Shown: positions 17,981-30,151, counted from the first letter of the stretch. The stretch: DNA of 41,790 nucleotides from Actinomycetota bacterium (GCA_027728645.1 JAQCAA010000003.1:1-41790), one strand, 5' to 3'. Made by a program: numbers and translations. Notes: generated by a model not told the origin, from the letters alone.

Positions 17981-18032
17981 ACGTTTTGGCGTGAGGCACG
18001 GGAATATATTCCCGCAGGTCACGCCAAAACGT
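17981..18032. repeat. REP-like palindromic element, copy 2
   Basis: 14-bp perfect inverted repeat ACGTTTTGGCGTGA/TCACGCCAAAACGT enclosing the perfect palindrome CGGGAATATATTCCCG. Confidence 0.85.
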
Positions 18033-18061
18033 TTCTTGGAGATGGGTACGCTTCGTGACTC

Positions 18062-18087
18062 GGACCGATACCCATTGGATCGGAACC
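18062..18087 (+). ncRNA. Candidate pan-motif-like cis-regulatory hairpin
   Basis: GG-A-CCGAU-A-CC(CAUU)GG-AUCGG-AA-CC hairpin with unpaired As, between a TACGCT -10 (18047-18052) and the start of the pan operon. Confidence 0.45.
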
Positions 18088-18089
18088 AC

Positions 18090-18878
18090 ATGAACATCAC
18101 AATCTATGGACCAGGGCGGGCAGGCGGGGCAATCGCGATTGCCTCAGCAGCAGCGGGACACCGCATCACCGGGATCGACGGTCGAACTCCCGAGCACACC
18201 GAAGCCCTGAGGGCGCTGGTTCACGTTTCCCACGGTGAACCCGATCTCTTGATCATCGCTGTTTCAGACGATGCCCTAGCCACGGCCTCAGAATTCATCC
18301 CGACCAACATCGCCCCGGCAGTTGCCCACCTCTCGGGAGCCGTGCGCGTCGACGTCTTGGACCCTTTTGCTGAGGCTGGCTCACTCATCGGAGCGTTCCA
18401 TCCACTGCAAACGTTTCCCGATGCCCAAACTGGCGCCGAGAGACTGGCAGGTGCGCACGTAGCCATCACAGCCGATGCCCCCCTCAACGACATTCTTAGA
18501 GACTTGGCGTCGTCGCTTGGGTGTCACAGCTTCTCGATATCGGACGACATGAAACCGCTCTATCACGCCGCGGCCGCCGCGTCTGCGAACGCAACCCTTG
18601 CAGCGCTTGCTGTTGCGTCCGATCTTTTTACCGCAGCGGGAGTCGACTTCGCTGTCGCCCGACCACTGGTGGATGCAATCGTCCGAAACGCATTCGACCT
18701 TGGCCCGAGGCACTCGCTGACCGGTCCCATTGCCCGAGGCGACATCGCCACGGTGACTGCCCAGCTCGAGGCAGTTCGCAGCGCAGCTCCCGACCTCGTG
18801 GACGCATTCGTCAACCTTGGACGAGCAACTGCCGCCGTCGCCGGAACATCGCTTGAGTTCGCTGAGGTATGGTCGTGA
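18090..18878 (+). CDS. Rossmann-like + DUF2520 protein (putative ketopantoate reductase, PanG-like)
   Basis: GPGRAG, AVSDDA, HLSGA, FHPLQTF, YHAAA, LTGPIARGD; directly upstream of panC. Start moved to ATG 18090. Confidence 0.88.
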   Translation: MNITIYGPGRAGGAIAIASAAAGHRITGIDGRTPEHTEALRALVHVSHGEPDLLIIAVSDDALATASEFIPTNIAPAVAHLSGAVRVDVLDPFAEAGSLIGAFHPLQTFPDAQTGAERLAGAHVAITADAPLNDILRDLASSLGCHSFSISDDMKPLYHAAAAASANATLAALAVASDLFTAAGVDFAVARPLVDAIVRNAFDLGPRHSLTGPIARGDIATVTAQLEAVRSAAPDLVDAFVNLGRATAAVAGTSLEFAEVWS

Positions 18879-19765
18879 TCATCGTCAGAACGTTCGGAGA
18901 GGTACGGGCCGCTGCCCATTCGGCTGTATCGCTTGTGCCGACCATGGGCTACCTCCACGAGGGCCATATGAGTCTGATTGGCGCGGCCAGCCAAACAGGC
19001 GACACCACTGTCGTGTCGCTCTTTGTGAACCCGACCCAGTTCGGCGACAGCGCCGACTTCGTCGCGTACCCGCACAACGAGGCAAGGGATGCGGCGATTG
19101 CGGAGGCGGCGGGTTGCGACATTTTCTTCGCTCCGTCTGCCGACGAGGTGTACCCGCTTGGGCATCGAGTCACCGTGTCTGTTGGAGGCGTTGGCGACGC
19201 AATGGAGGGTCGATTCAGGCATGGACATTTCGAAGGCGTGGCCACCGTTGTTGCCAAGCTGTTTGCAGGAGTTCAGCCTCGCCGCGCCTTCTTCGGGCGT
19301 AAGGACGCTCAGCAGCTCGCCGTTGTCAGAACATTGCGCGACGGTCTCAGGTTCCCAGTTGAAGTGATCGGCATGCCAACAGTGCGTGAGCAGGACGGAC
19401 TTGCGCTGTCGAGTAGAAACACACAGATCGGCAAGGGTGTGCGACGCGAGGCCCTCAGCCTCAGCCGAGCACTGTTTTCAGCTGCGGACGCCATCGAACA
19501 GGGCGAGCGAGATTCAGCGGCGATTGCCAAAATCGCGCGATCTGTCGCCGCTGCCACACCTCAGGTTGAGGTCGAATACCTGGAGGTTGCCGATTCGATG
19601 TCGGCCGCTCCGATTGAGGAGATCGATCGGGACGCCTTTGTAGCGATTGCCGCAAAGGTCGGGGGAGTCAGACTGATAGACAATATTGCTGTCGATGCAG
19701 TCACACTCGCCACCGACCGCGGGATCATGCTCGACAAACAAAGCATTCTCTATGAGGAGGACTGA
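18869..19765 (+). CDS. panC: Pantoate--beta-alanine ligase
   Basis: VPTMGYLHEGH, FVNPTQF, GHFEGVATVVAKL, FGRKDAQQ, DGLALSSRN, RLIDN. Confidence 0.97.
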   Translation: MVVIIVRTFGEVRAAAHSAVSLVPTMGYLHEGHMSLIGAASQTGDTTVVSLFVNPTQFGDSADFVAYPHNEARDAAIAEAAGCDIFFAPSADEVYPLGHRVTVSVGGVGDAMEGRFRHGHFEGVATVVAKLFAGVQPRRAFFGRKDAQQLAVVRTLRDGLRFPVEVIGMPTVREQDGLALSSRNTQIGKGVRREALSLSRALFSAADAIEQGERDSAAIAKIARSVAAATPQVEVEYLEVADSMSAAPIEEIDRDAFVAIAAKVGGVRLIDNIAVDAVTLATDRGIMLDKQSILYEED

Positions 19766-20538
19766 TGCTGCTCACCGTTGATGTGGGAAATACACAGATC
19801 GCACTTGGAATGTTTGATGGTGTCGAGCTCATAGGTCACTGGAGGGTTTCGACTGACCCGCATGCGACACTTGACGAGATTCGGTGGGAAATGACGGGAA
19901 TCCTGGCCTCAGATGGCTTCTCGCCAGCTGACATTTTGGGTGTTGCGATATCGAGCGTCGTTCCGGCCGTCACGACAAACCTGCGTCGGATCATTCCATT
20001 CATCACGAGCGGTCCGTCCATCGTTGTTGAGGCTGGCGTACGTACCGGTATGGCAATCGAGATTGATAACCCCCGCGAGGTAGGTGCAGATCGAGTCGTC
20101 AACGCCGTTGCTGCGCGCGAGAGGCACGGCACCCCAGTGGTCGTCGTCGACTTTGGGACTTCGACGAACTTCGATGTCGTCGGACCGAGCGGTGCGTACC
20201 TTGGTGGCGTGATCGCCCCTGGGCTCGAGATAGCGACCAATGCGCTGGTTGCTGGCACGGCGGCCCTACGGCGAGTCGAGTTCTCTCCACCCAGGTCCGT
20301 TATAGGGAAGGGCACGGTCGAAGCGATCCAGTCCGGAGCCGTCTTCGGTCATGCAGGAATGGTTGACGGGATCCTCGAACGCATCGCCGCCGAACTCGGT
20401 GAGGACCCTATCCGCGTCGCGACCGGGGGCCTCGCGTCTACCATCGTGCCTCACTGCACAAGCGTCGACACTATCGACGAATATCTGACTCTCGAAGGAC
20501 TCAGAATCATCTTCGACCGCAATCAGGACACCGAATGA
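19765..20538 (+). CDS. coaX: Type III pantothenate kinase
   Basis: DVGNT, SSVVP, EVGADR, VDFGTS, GGVIAPG, ATGG. Confidence 0.96.
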   Translation: MLLTVDVGNTQIALGMFDGVELIGHWRVSTDPHATLDEIRWEMTGILASDGFSPADILGVAISSVVPAVTTNLRRIIPFITSGPSIVVEAGVRTGMAIEIDNPREVGADRVVNAVAARERHGTPVVVVDFGTSTNFDVVGPSGAYLGGVIAPGLEIATNALVAGTAALRRVEFSPPRSVIGKGTVEAIQSGAVFGHAGMVDGILERIAAELGEDPIRVATGGLASTIVPHCTSVDTIDEYLTLEGLRIIFDRNQDTE

Positions 20539-22049
20539 CGGATGTTTCAGAACCGACCGACGACGAACTTGACGATTCCCAATCGCTCGATGACCACCCA
20601 CTAACCCGCGACCGCGTCGCCAAGTACCGCAAGGTCATGGAGGGTGGCGGCTTTCCCTACTCCTTCGAGAGGACAGCCACCGCGCAAGATCTGGTCGACC
20701 GGTTCCCGGACATTGCGCCAGGGGAGGCGACGGGAGAAACCGTGACCGTTGCCGGGCGCCTCAAGAACACCAGAGTCATGGGCAAGTTGATCTTTGCACC
20801 CGTCTCTGACCTATCAGGCACCCTCCAACTTTTTGTGGATGTCCAAACCCTGGGGGAGGAGGGATTTGAGGCGTTTCTCGAGCTCGACGCTGGTGACTGG
20901 CTGGGAGCGACCGGTGAGGTTATTGCGACGAAGCGCGGCGAACTCTCGGTGAAGGTTTCATCGTTTCAGCTCCTCCAAAAGAGTCTGCGGCCCCTTCCCG
21001 ATAAGTGGCACGGTCTCAAGGATGTCGAGGAGCGGTCGAGACGCAGATACGTGGATCTCATGGCGAATGACGACGCTCGAAATGTCGCAATTGCCCGTAC
21101 GACGATCATCAGTGAGTTGAGGAGACAGTTCGAGTTGCGTGGTTACATCGAGGTTGAGACACCGATTCTTCTTCCTGAGGCGACCGGTGCCACTGCTCGG
21201 CCCTTCGCTACCCACCACAACGCTCTCGACATCGATATGCAGCTCCGAATTGCGACCGAGCTCTATCTCAAGCGGCTCGTGGTTGGAGGGCTTGAACGGG
21301 TGTTTGAGATCGGGAGGATTTTTCGCAACGAAGGGGTCGATTCCTCGCACAATCCCGAGTTCACGATGCTTGAGTCGTACGAGGCATTTGCCGACTACAC
21401 GGACATCATGACGCTCGTGGAAGATGTGTTTGCCGCTTGTGCGACGGCGGCCAATGACTCGACAGACGTCGAGCTGGATGGCAGGTGGCTCAGTCTCGCT
21501 GCGCCGTTTGCTCGCATCACAATGCTTGACGCCGTCAGAGACCGCACCGGCCTCGACATTGACTACGACACAGACATCAGTGTTCTTCGAGCGGCTGCCG
21601 GTGATCATGGAGTCCAGCCGGAGGACCACTGGGGTTCGGGCAAGGTGGTGGAGGCGCTGTTTGATGCGGCCGTCGAGTCGACTATCTGGGAGCCGACGTT
21701 CGTGACCGAGCACCCCATTGAGGTTTCCCCGCTGTCAAGAGCCCATCGGTCAAAGCCGCATGTGACTGAGCGATTCGAGCTCTTCATCGCAGGTTCCGAA
21801 TACGCCAACGCGTTCTCTGAGCTGAACGATCCCTTCGACCAGAGAGAGCGTTTTGAAGCCCAAGCAGCGATGAAAGCCGCGGGCGACGACGAGGCTCATC
21901 CAGTCGACGACGACTACATCCGTGCTCTTGAGTACGGACTTCCGCCAACCGGTGGTCTCGGTATCGGCGTCGACAGACTCGTGATGCTGCTCACAGGTAA
22001 GACCCACATCAGGGAAGTCATCCTCTTCCCGACAATGCGTCCGCACTAA
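20535..22049 (+). CDS. lysS: Lysine--tRNA ligase (class II)
   Basis: OB-fold, LRPLPDKWHGL, LRIATELYLKRL, FRNEG...HNPEF, YGLPPTGGLGIGVDRL. Confidence 0.98.
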   Translation: MTDVSEPTDDELDDSQSLDDHPLTRDRVAKYRKVMEGGGFPYSFERTATAQDLVDRFPDIAPGEATGETVTVAGRLKNTRVMGKLIFAPVSDLSGTLQLFVDVQTLGEEGFEAFLELDAGDWLGATGEVIATKRGELSVKVSSFQLLQKSLRPLPDKWHGLKDVEERSRRRYVDLMANDDARNVAIARTTIISELRRQFELRGYIEVETPILLPEATGATARPFATHHNALDIDMQLRIATELYLKRLVVGGLERVFEIGRIFRNEGVDSSHNPEFTMLESYEAFADYTDIMTLVEDVFAACATAANDSTDVELDGRWLSLAAPFARITMLDAVRDRTGLDIDYDTDISVLRAAAGDHGVQPEDHWGSGKVVEALFDAAVESTIWEPTFVTEHPIEVSPLSRAHRSKPHVTERFELFIAGSEYANAFSELNDPFDQRERFEAQAAMKAAGDDEAHPVDDDYIRALEYGLPPTGGLGIGVDRLVMLLTGKTHIREVILFPTMRPH

Positions 22050-22062
22050 CGAGAACGAGCTG

Positions 22063-23451
22063 TCAGGCGGCGTCGGCGTTTTCGTCGACCTCGGACCACT
22101 TCTCGAAGAATGAGCCGACGACTTCGACGGCGAAGCCACCAACCACCGCCCCGGCGAAACAATGAACGGTTCGGGCACCCAGTTCGAACTGGTATGGCTG
22201 GATCCGTCCAGAGATGATTCTGATCTCGGCGCCCGTGGCCGTTCCCTCAACCAGACCACTACCGAACACCTCGCAAGCGTCATCAAAGTCAGTGGAATCA
22301 AATGACGGGTAAGTCTCGAACTCGACACTGACAGAACCGAGGAACTGCAACGAATGAACCGCGTCACAGCTCAACTCAAACTTGGACGATGTTGCAAAGC
22401 ATGCGCCAACTTCAAGTACCCAATCGAGGTCTGTCAAGTCTGCCATTCTCCCAGCGAAGAGCACCTCAGTATCTCCCACATCGTCAAGAATCACGACACA
22501 CGCGAGATATCGATCGCCTCGGTCGAATTCGTCTATATCTGGCATGTAGGTGATCATCGACGGCAGATACTCTTCTTGCGACCGACCGAACTCCTCTGTG
22601 TAGACCTCATCACATCGGTACGAGCGGAGATAGGCGATCTCAAGCCCATCGAATTCATCGAGGTCCGTACCGGTGAACTCGCCGAGCAGAACCTCGGCGT
22701 TGTGCGGTCCGATGCAAGGGACAACCTGGTCAAGCGCGAAAGGCGCATAGGGCATGCGACCGTAGAAGTCTGGTTGGTCCTGCGGAAGGTAGAGACAGTC
22801 ACCAGTGGCCCAAACAGGATTCAGTTCATCGATGTCCCTTCGGGCCTCGAGGTAGCGACGGGCCGCGTCGTTGTCGTCGGATACCGCAATCATTACGCCA
22901 TCGCCTTCACTCCAGAGGTAGAACGTTTCGCCATCGGCCGACTCGACCTCAAGAACTTCATCCGCTTCGTCAGGAACTCCAACATCCGGATTGACTGCCG
23001 TCGCAAAGTGGTAGCTGACATACGGATTTGCCCGGAGGCCGGATAACGGAATGATAGAAACAACAGCGATTCGGTTGTCGTTGTCATCGGCGAAAATGGC
23101 AGCTGCGGCGCCATCGACAATCACGAACGGCATCCAGCCGTCAATGCTCGCTGCCAATTCGGAATCCTCCGCCGTGGGGTTCAGGACAACGGTGAACCCC
23201 TCTTGGAAGCGGAATGCATCGGCCGCAACATCCGATGTGTCGCCAGTTGTTGGAGGCAACAACGCCGGTGGCTTTGTCGTGGTTGTTGGAGGCAACGTCG
23301 TGGTGGTCGTTGGACGCACTGTCGTCGTCGTTGACGGCAGGGCTTCGCTGGTCGTCGTCGGACTCGCATTGGAAGTGCATGCGGCGCCGAGGAGGGGGAC
23401 AAGGACCCAGACCGTCGTGATCTTTGTTCTGTAAGTTCTCAAGTCAGCCAA
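22063..23451 (-). CDS. Lipoprotein with septum-formation (Septum_form)-like domains
   Basis: Lipobox LGAAC, Thr-rich linker, VVPCIGPHNAEV and GDRYLACVV signatures, a second C..H repeat; GAGGGG RBS. Confidence 0.75.
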   Translation of the reverse strand: MADLRTYRTKITTVWVLVPLLGAACTSNASPTTTSEALPSTTTTVRPTTTTTLPPTTTTKPPALLPPTTGDTSDVAADAFRFQEGFTVVLNPTAEDSELAASIDGWMPFVIVDGAAAAIFADDNDNRIAVVSIIPLSGLRANPYVSYHFATAVNPDVGVPDEADEVLEVESADGETFYLWSEGDGVMIAVSDDNDAARRYLEARRDIDELNPVWATGDCLYLPQDQPDFYGRMPYAPFALDQVVPCIGPHNAEVLLGEFTGTDLDEFDGLEIAYLRSYRCDEVYTEEFGRSQEEYLPSMITYMPDIDEFDRGDRYLACVVILDDVGDTEVLFAGRMADLTDLDWVLEVGACFATSSKFELSCDAVHSLQFLGSVSVEFETYPSFDSTDFDDACEVFGSGLVEGTATGAEIRIISGRIQPYQFELGARTVHCFAGAVVGGFAVEVVGSFFEKWSEVDENADAA

Positions 23452-23508
23452 GCCCCTCGAACATTGCTGGTGCGACCGAGCGCCGGTTCGATCAACTGTA
23501 TTGAGACA

Positions 23509-24510
23509 CTAGGCCGTGCGGGCCGCATCTACACGGTCCAGCAGGTACTGATCGAGACTGGCGAGAACGCCAGATAGGGGGTTGTGTGGGATCTCGTTCG
23601 CTGCTTTCTCAGCAATGCGAATTCGCCCGACGGCTCCGTCCAGCACCGTGTCTATGTAGCCCCCCGAAACAGTGAGATGGATGACCCGTGCAATCGCTTC
23701 TGCCGAATACGGCTTTCCGTTTGCAAGAAGTGCTCGAATCTCGTCGCCATCATCGCCCGCAGCCGCGAGCAGAACAGGGAGGGTGAACGTGCCTTCACCG
23801 ATGTCTGAACCTGCCGGTTTACCGAGGAATTTGTCGCTTGCAACGAGGTCGAGAACGTCGTCCGTGATTTGGAACACCATGCCCATTTCCCATGCCCAGT
23901 CTGATATTGCATCGACTGTGTCGTCGTCGGCGCCCCCCGTAATCGCGCCCAGCCTTGCGGATGTGCGTATGAGAGAGGCTGTCTTGCCGCCAATGACCGA
24001 GTAATAGCCCTCCGGGCCGTGATTGAGATTGTCGGTGTATATCAGTTCGCGCACCTGGCCTTCGCACAGGGTGGCGTAGGTGCGGGCGATGAGGGCAACG
24101 GCCTCTTCGCCGAGCGGTGCAGCAATCTCTGACGCCCTCGCGAGCAGAAAATCACCGGCAAGAATCGCAACCGTGTTGGACCAATTGTGGTTCACCGAGG
24201 GGATGCCCCTGCGGGTTTCGGCCTCGTCAATCACATCGTCGTGATAGAGAGATCCGAGATGGACAAGCTCCACGGACACGCCAGCCTCAATTGGCTCTGG
24301 GCCATCATTTCCGCCAAGTTCCGCCGCAACCTGTGCAAGCAAAGGGCGGTATCTCTTCCCACCAGCGGAAAGTCCATGCTGTGCAATTTCAGTCAGGAAT
24401 TTGGTTTCAGCGACCGTGACCTGTTGGAGTCTCTGCTCCACAGCGGTCATTCGGTGCCATACGCGAGGTATCGGGACGAGCTGCTGGAAGATTGGGCTGT
24501 CCAAAGTCAT
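23509..24510 (-). CDS. Polyprenyl diphosphate synthase
   Basis: GGKRYRP, HDDVID (FARM), RRG, GDFL, KTA, FQITDDVLD (SARM), GKP; start moved to ATG 24510 with a GGAG RBS. Confidence 0.95.
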   Translation of the reverse strand: MTLDSPIFQQLVPIPRVWHRMTAVEQRLQQVTVAETKFLTEIAQHGLSAGGKRYRPLLAQVAAELGGNDGPEPIEAGVSVELVHLGSLYHDDVIDEAETRRGIPSVNHNWSNTVAILAGDFLLARASEIAAPLGEEAVALIARTYATLCEGQVRELIYTDNLNHGPEGYYSVIGGKTASLIRTSARLGAITGGADDDTVDAISDWAWEMGMVFQITDDVLDLVASDKFLGKPAGSDIGEGTFTLPVLLAAAGDDGDEIRALLANGKPYSAEAIARVIHLTVSGGYIDTVLDGAVGRIRIAEKAANEIPHNPLSGVLASLDQYLLDRVDAARTA

Positions 24511-24682
24511 GCGCTCCGGTGGGGAATGGCGATAGTAGCGCAGGGGTTCCAAGTACCAGCCCGGGGTGGATGAATCGCTCAAGGTGAGGTTCCCTTTCCC
24601 CGTTGTTAGAGGGGTGAGTCCCTATACTCCGCGAGGCGCACCGGAACTCGGGGCGCCGTAGATGTTTGAGGGGTGAGAGAGC

Positions 24683-27184
<2,502 letters not shown>

Positions 27185-27369
27185 TTGAGTCGGTGCGCCT
27201 CCGGCTTGGTTGGACCTTCCGACGTCCAATCTTCTTCGACATTTCGACTGCGGTAGCGGGGCGCTGTCCGCTCGAATCCGGTACACTTGGTGGTGCTTTC
27301 GGCAGGTCGCTGGATTCGTCCTTCTGATACCAACGAGAGCTTCCATTCCCACGAAAGAAAAGGTGCACA

Positions 27370-28497
27370 ATGCGCTCAGGGCTTAAGCGTCGGGGTTTTG
27401 TCCTCGTACTCATGCTCGCTCTCGCTCTTGTTGCTGCGGCTTGCAGCAGCGACACGGCAGACGACACAACAACAACAACAACGACAACTACGGCAGCGCC
27501 TGCGGTGAATGCTGTCAAGACTTGCTTGGTAACTGACCTTGCCGGTGTCGATGACCGATCCTTCAACGCGAGTGCGTGGCAGGGTGTTCAAGACGCTGTG
27601 GCAGCAGGCTTCGCAACGGCTGATTCCTTTGTCCTTGAGTCGACGGACGCCTCGGACTGGCAGCCGAACATCGATCAAATGGTCAGCCAGGGTTGTGAGC
27701 ACATCGTGACCGTTGGGTTCGCCCTCGGAGAGGTGACAGCGATCAACGCACAGGCGCATCCTGACATCACATGGACGATGATTGACAATGTATTGACCGA
27801 CGAGACCTTCGCACCGCTTGGGCTCGCGAATGTTCGTGAACTCGTGTACCAAACGGATGAAGCGGCCTTTGCTGCTGGATATCTCGCAGCTGGTGTTTCG
27901 ACTACGGGGATCACATGCACCTATGGCGGAGCAAACTTCCCCACTGTTGCGATCTTCATGGATGGATTCACTCGTGGCGTTGCTCACTACAACGAGGTCA
28001 AGGGTGCCGCGGTCGAGGTTAAGGGCTGGGACACTGAGGCCCGCGATGGCCTGTTCACCGGTAGCTTCACCGATATGGACCTCGCGCGCTCGACGGCAGA
28101 AAGCCTCTTCCAAGAGGGTTGTGACATCATCATTCCTGTTGGTGGCGCAATTAACCTTCCAGCGGGTGACCTGATTAACGAAGGTCTCGATGCCGCCCTT
28201 ATCGGTGTAGATGCCGATGCCTACTTCGCAATGGACGAGCAGTACCAGCCGACGTGGCTTACGACGGTCGAAAAGGCCATCGCTCCATTCATCACGCTCG
28301 CAATACAGGAGCACGGTGAAGGAACCTGGACTTCAGGGTCGTTCCTCGGAACGCTCGCTAACGGTGGCGTTGGACTCTCCCCATTCCACGATTGGGATGC
28401 ACGAGTATCCGATGAGCTCAGGGCTGAGGTCGCTCAGATCCTTGAGGACATTGCGAATGGCGTCATTGACGCATCGTTCACGCAGGTCGGGTACTAG
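27370..28497 (+). CDS. BMP-family ABC transporter substrate-binding lipoprotein (probably nucleoside)
   Basis: Lipobox VAAAC, Thr tract, GVDDRSFNASAWQG, AAFAAGYLAA, IGVDAD. Confidence 0.92.
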   Translation: MRSGLKRRGFVLVLMLALALVAAACSSDTADDTTTTTTTTTAAPAVNAVKTCLVTDLAGVDDRSFNASAWQGVQDAVAAGFATADSFVLESTDASDWQPNIDQMVSQGCEHIVTVGFALGEVTAINAQAHPDITWTMIDNVLTDETFAPLGLANVRELVYQTDEAAFAAGYLAAGVSTTGITCTYGGANFPTVAIFMDGFTRGVAHYNEVKGAAVEVKGWDTEARDGLFTGSFTDMDLARSTAESLFQEGCDIIIPVGGAINLPAGDLINEGLDAALIGVDADAYFAMDEQYQPTWLTTVEKAIAPFITLAIQEHGEGTWTSGSFLGTLANGGVGLSPFHDWDARVSDELRAEVAQILEDIANGVIDASFTQVGY

Positions 28498-28520
28498 TCC
28501 TTCATAGGACCGAATCAATC

Positions 28521-28560
28521 AGAAGGGGCCTCCACTGCGGTGGGGGCCTCTTCTTCGTTT
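28521..28560 (+). terminator. Strong stem-loop after the BMP gene (terminator or mRNA-stabilizing hairpin)
   Basis: AGAAGGGGCCTCCAC-TGCG-GTGGGGGCCTCTTCT followed by TCGTTT. Confidence 0.7.
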
Positions 28561-28633
28561 GAAATCGGAGGCGGTGCGCGGCTGCCAGCACCCATCTAAG
28601 GTACTCCTTGGTAGCTGGCGGCAGGAGACGAAT

Positions 28634-30151
28634 GTGACACTGGAATTGCGCGGTATTACCAAGCAGTTTCCTGGCGTCTTGGCGAACGACGATGTCAACC
28701 TTTCTGCCTCCGAAGGCGAGATCGTCGCCCTGCTGGGGGAAAACGGTGCTGGCAAGACAACCCTGATGAACATTCTGTACGGCCTCTACACACCAACGGC
28801 AGGCGAAGTCATCGTCGATGGCAAGGCATTGGTACTCGAATCGCCGGCCGATGCGATCGATGCGGGAATTGGCATGGTTCATCAGCATTTCATGCTTGTC
28901 CCGGTGTTTACGGTCGCCGAGAATGTTGTGCTTGGTGACGAACCGACGAAGCGGATGGGCTGGCTTGACTCCCGGCGTGCCAAGAAAACGGTGACTGATA
29001 TTTCAGGCCGGTACGGTCTCGATGTCGACCCAGACGCAATTGTCGAGGATCTTCCCGTCGGGTTTCAACAACGGGTGGAGATCATCAAAGTCCTAGCGCG
29101 AGAGGCACGATTCTTAGTTTTCGACGAGCCAACTTCTGTCCTTACGCCTCCAGAGGTCGAGCGGTTCTTTGAGATTGTGAATGGGCTCAAAGCCGACGGT
29201 AAGGGGATCATCTTCATCAGCCACAAGCTTGGTGAAGCTCTTGAGATCGCCGACAGAATCGTCATCATGCGCAGAGGCAAGACGGTTGCGGAGGTGAACC
29301 CGCGGGACGTCGACGAACCAAAGCTTGCTGAGCTGATGGTCGGCCGACCCGTTGACCTTGTCGTGAACAGGACCGAGTCCGATCCGGGGGACGTGGTGCT
29401 CTCGGTCAACGATCTCACCGTATTGGATGATCGCGGTAGGAACGCCGTCGATCGGCTGTCGATCGAAGTGCGGGCTGGCGAAATCGTTGGTATCGCCGGC
29501 GTGCAAGGGAATGGACAGACTGAGCTCGTCGAGTCTCTTACGGGCATGCGTCCGTCGCTCGGCGGAGTCGTACGGTTGAAGGGTCTCGACGTCACTTCGA
29601 AATCGCCACGCGCTATTCACAACCTCGATGTAGCGCATGTGCCAGAGGACCGGCAAAAGAGCGGTCTCGTGCTTCAGTTCACAGTCACAGAGAACATTGT
29701 CCTCGATTCCTACCATCAGGCGCCCATTTCACGCGGTGTACGGATGGATTGGGGTCAGGCCACGGATAGGGCGCTGCGACTTGTCGAGGAGTATGACGTC
29801 AGGACTCCATCCACCGAGGTGAAGGTTTCCACGCTGTCTGGAGGCAATCAACAGAAGGTAATTGTGGCGAGAGAGTTCGATCGAGACGTGACGCTGGTGA
29901 TTGCGTCCCAGCCGACTCGTGGAATCGATGTTGGCTCCATCGAATATATCCACAGCCGGATCGTCGAGGAACGTGATGCCGGCGCGGCCGTCCTGATTGT
30001 GTCGTCAGAACTCGATGAGATCATGGCCCTCTCCGATCGCATCCTGGTGATGTACGAGGGTCGAGTGGTTGCAGAGTTTGACGGGTCGGCTTCGACGACT
30101 GATATCGGTTTGGCGATGCTTGGCAGTCGACCGGACGAGGAAGCTTCATGA
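28634..30151 (+). CDS. ABC transporter ATP-binding protein, CUT2 type (two NBDs)
   Basis: GENGAGKT, GIGMVHQHF, DEPT, LSGGNQQK, QPTRGID; AGGAG RBS before GTG 28634. Confidence 0.95.
   Translation: MTLELRGITKQFPGVLANDDVNLSASEGEIVALLGENGAGKTTLMNILYGLYTPTAGEVIVDGKALVLESPADAIDAGIGMVHQHFMLVPVFTVAENVVLGDEPTKRMGWLDSRRAKKTVTDISGRYGLDVDPDAIVEDLPVGFQQRVEIIKVLAREARFLVFDEPTSVLTPPEVERFFEIVNGLKADGKGIIFISHKLGEALEIADRIVIMRRGKTVAEVNPRDVDEPKLAELMVGRPVDLVVNRTESDPGDVVLSVNDLTVLDDRGRNAVDRLSIEVRAGEIVGIAGVQGNGQTELVESLTGMRPSLGGVVRLKGLDVTSKSPRAIHNLDVAHVPEDRQKSGLVLQFTVTENIVLDSYHQAPISRGVRMDWGQATDRALRLVEEYDVRTPSTEVKVSTLSGGNQQKVIVAREFDRDVTLVIASQPTRGIDVGSIEYIHSRIVEERDAGAAVLIVSSELDEIMALSDRILVMYEGRVVAEFDGSASTTDIGLAMLGSRPDEEAS

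Noticed and set aside
24643-24666. SigH-type promoter for clpC (GGAAC...GTT)
   Set aside because: The spacer is 16 nt, too short for the consensus; TATACT at about 24623 is a better housekeeping -10
27282-27369. Purine riboswitch upstream of the BMP/nucleoside transporter
   Set aside because: Some pairing is possible, but the conserved purine-riboswitch junction sequences are not visible
27464-27492. ACA trinucleotide tract
   Set aside because: It encodes the ordinary Thr-rich lipoprotein linker and is in frame, so it is not a phase-variation switch
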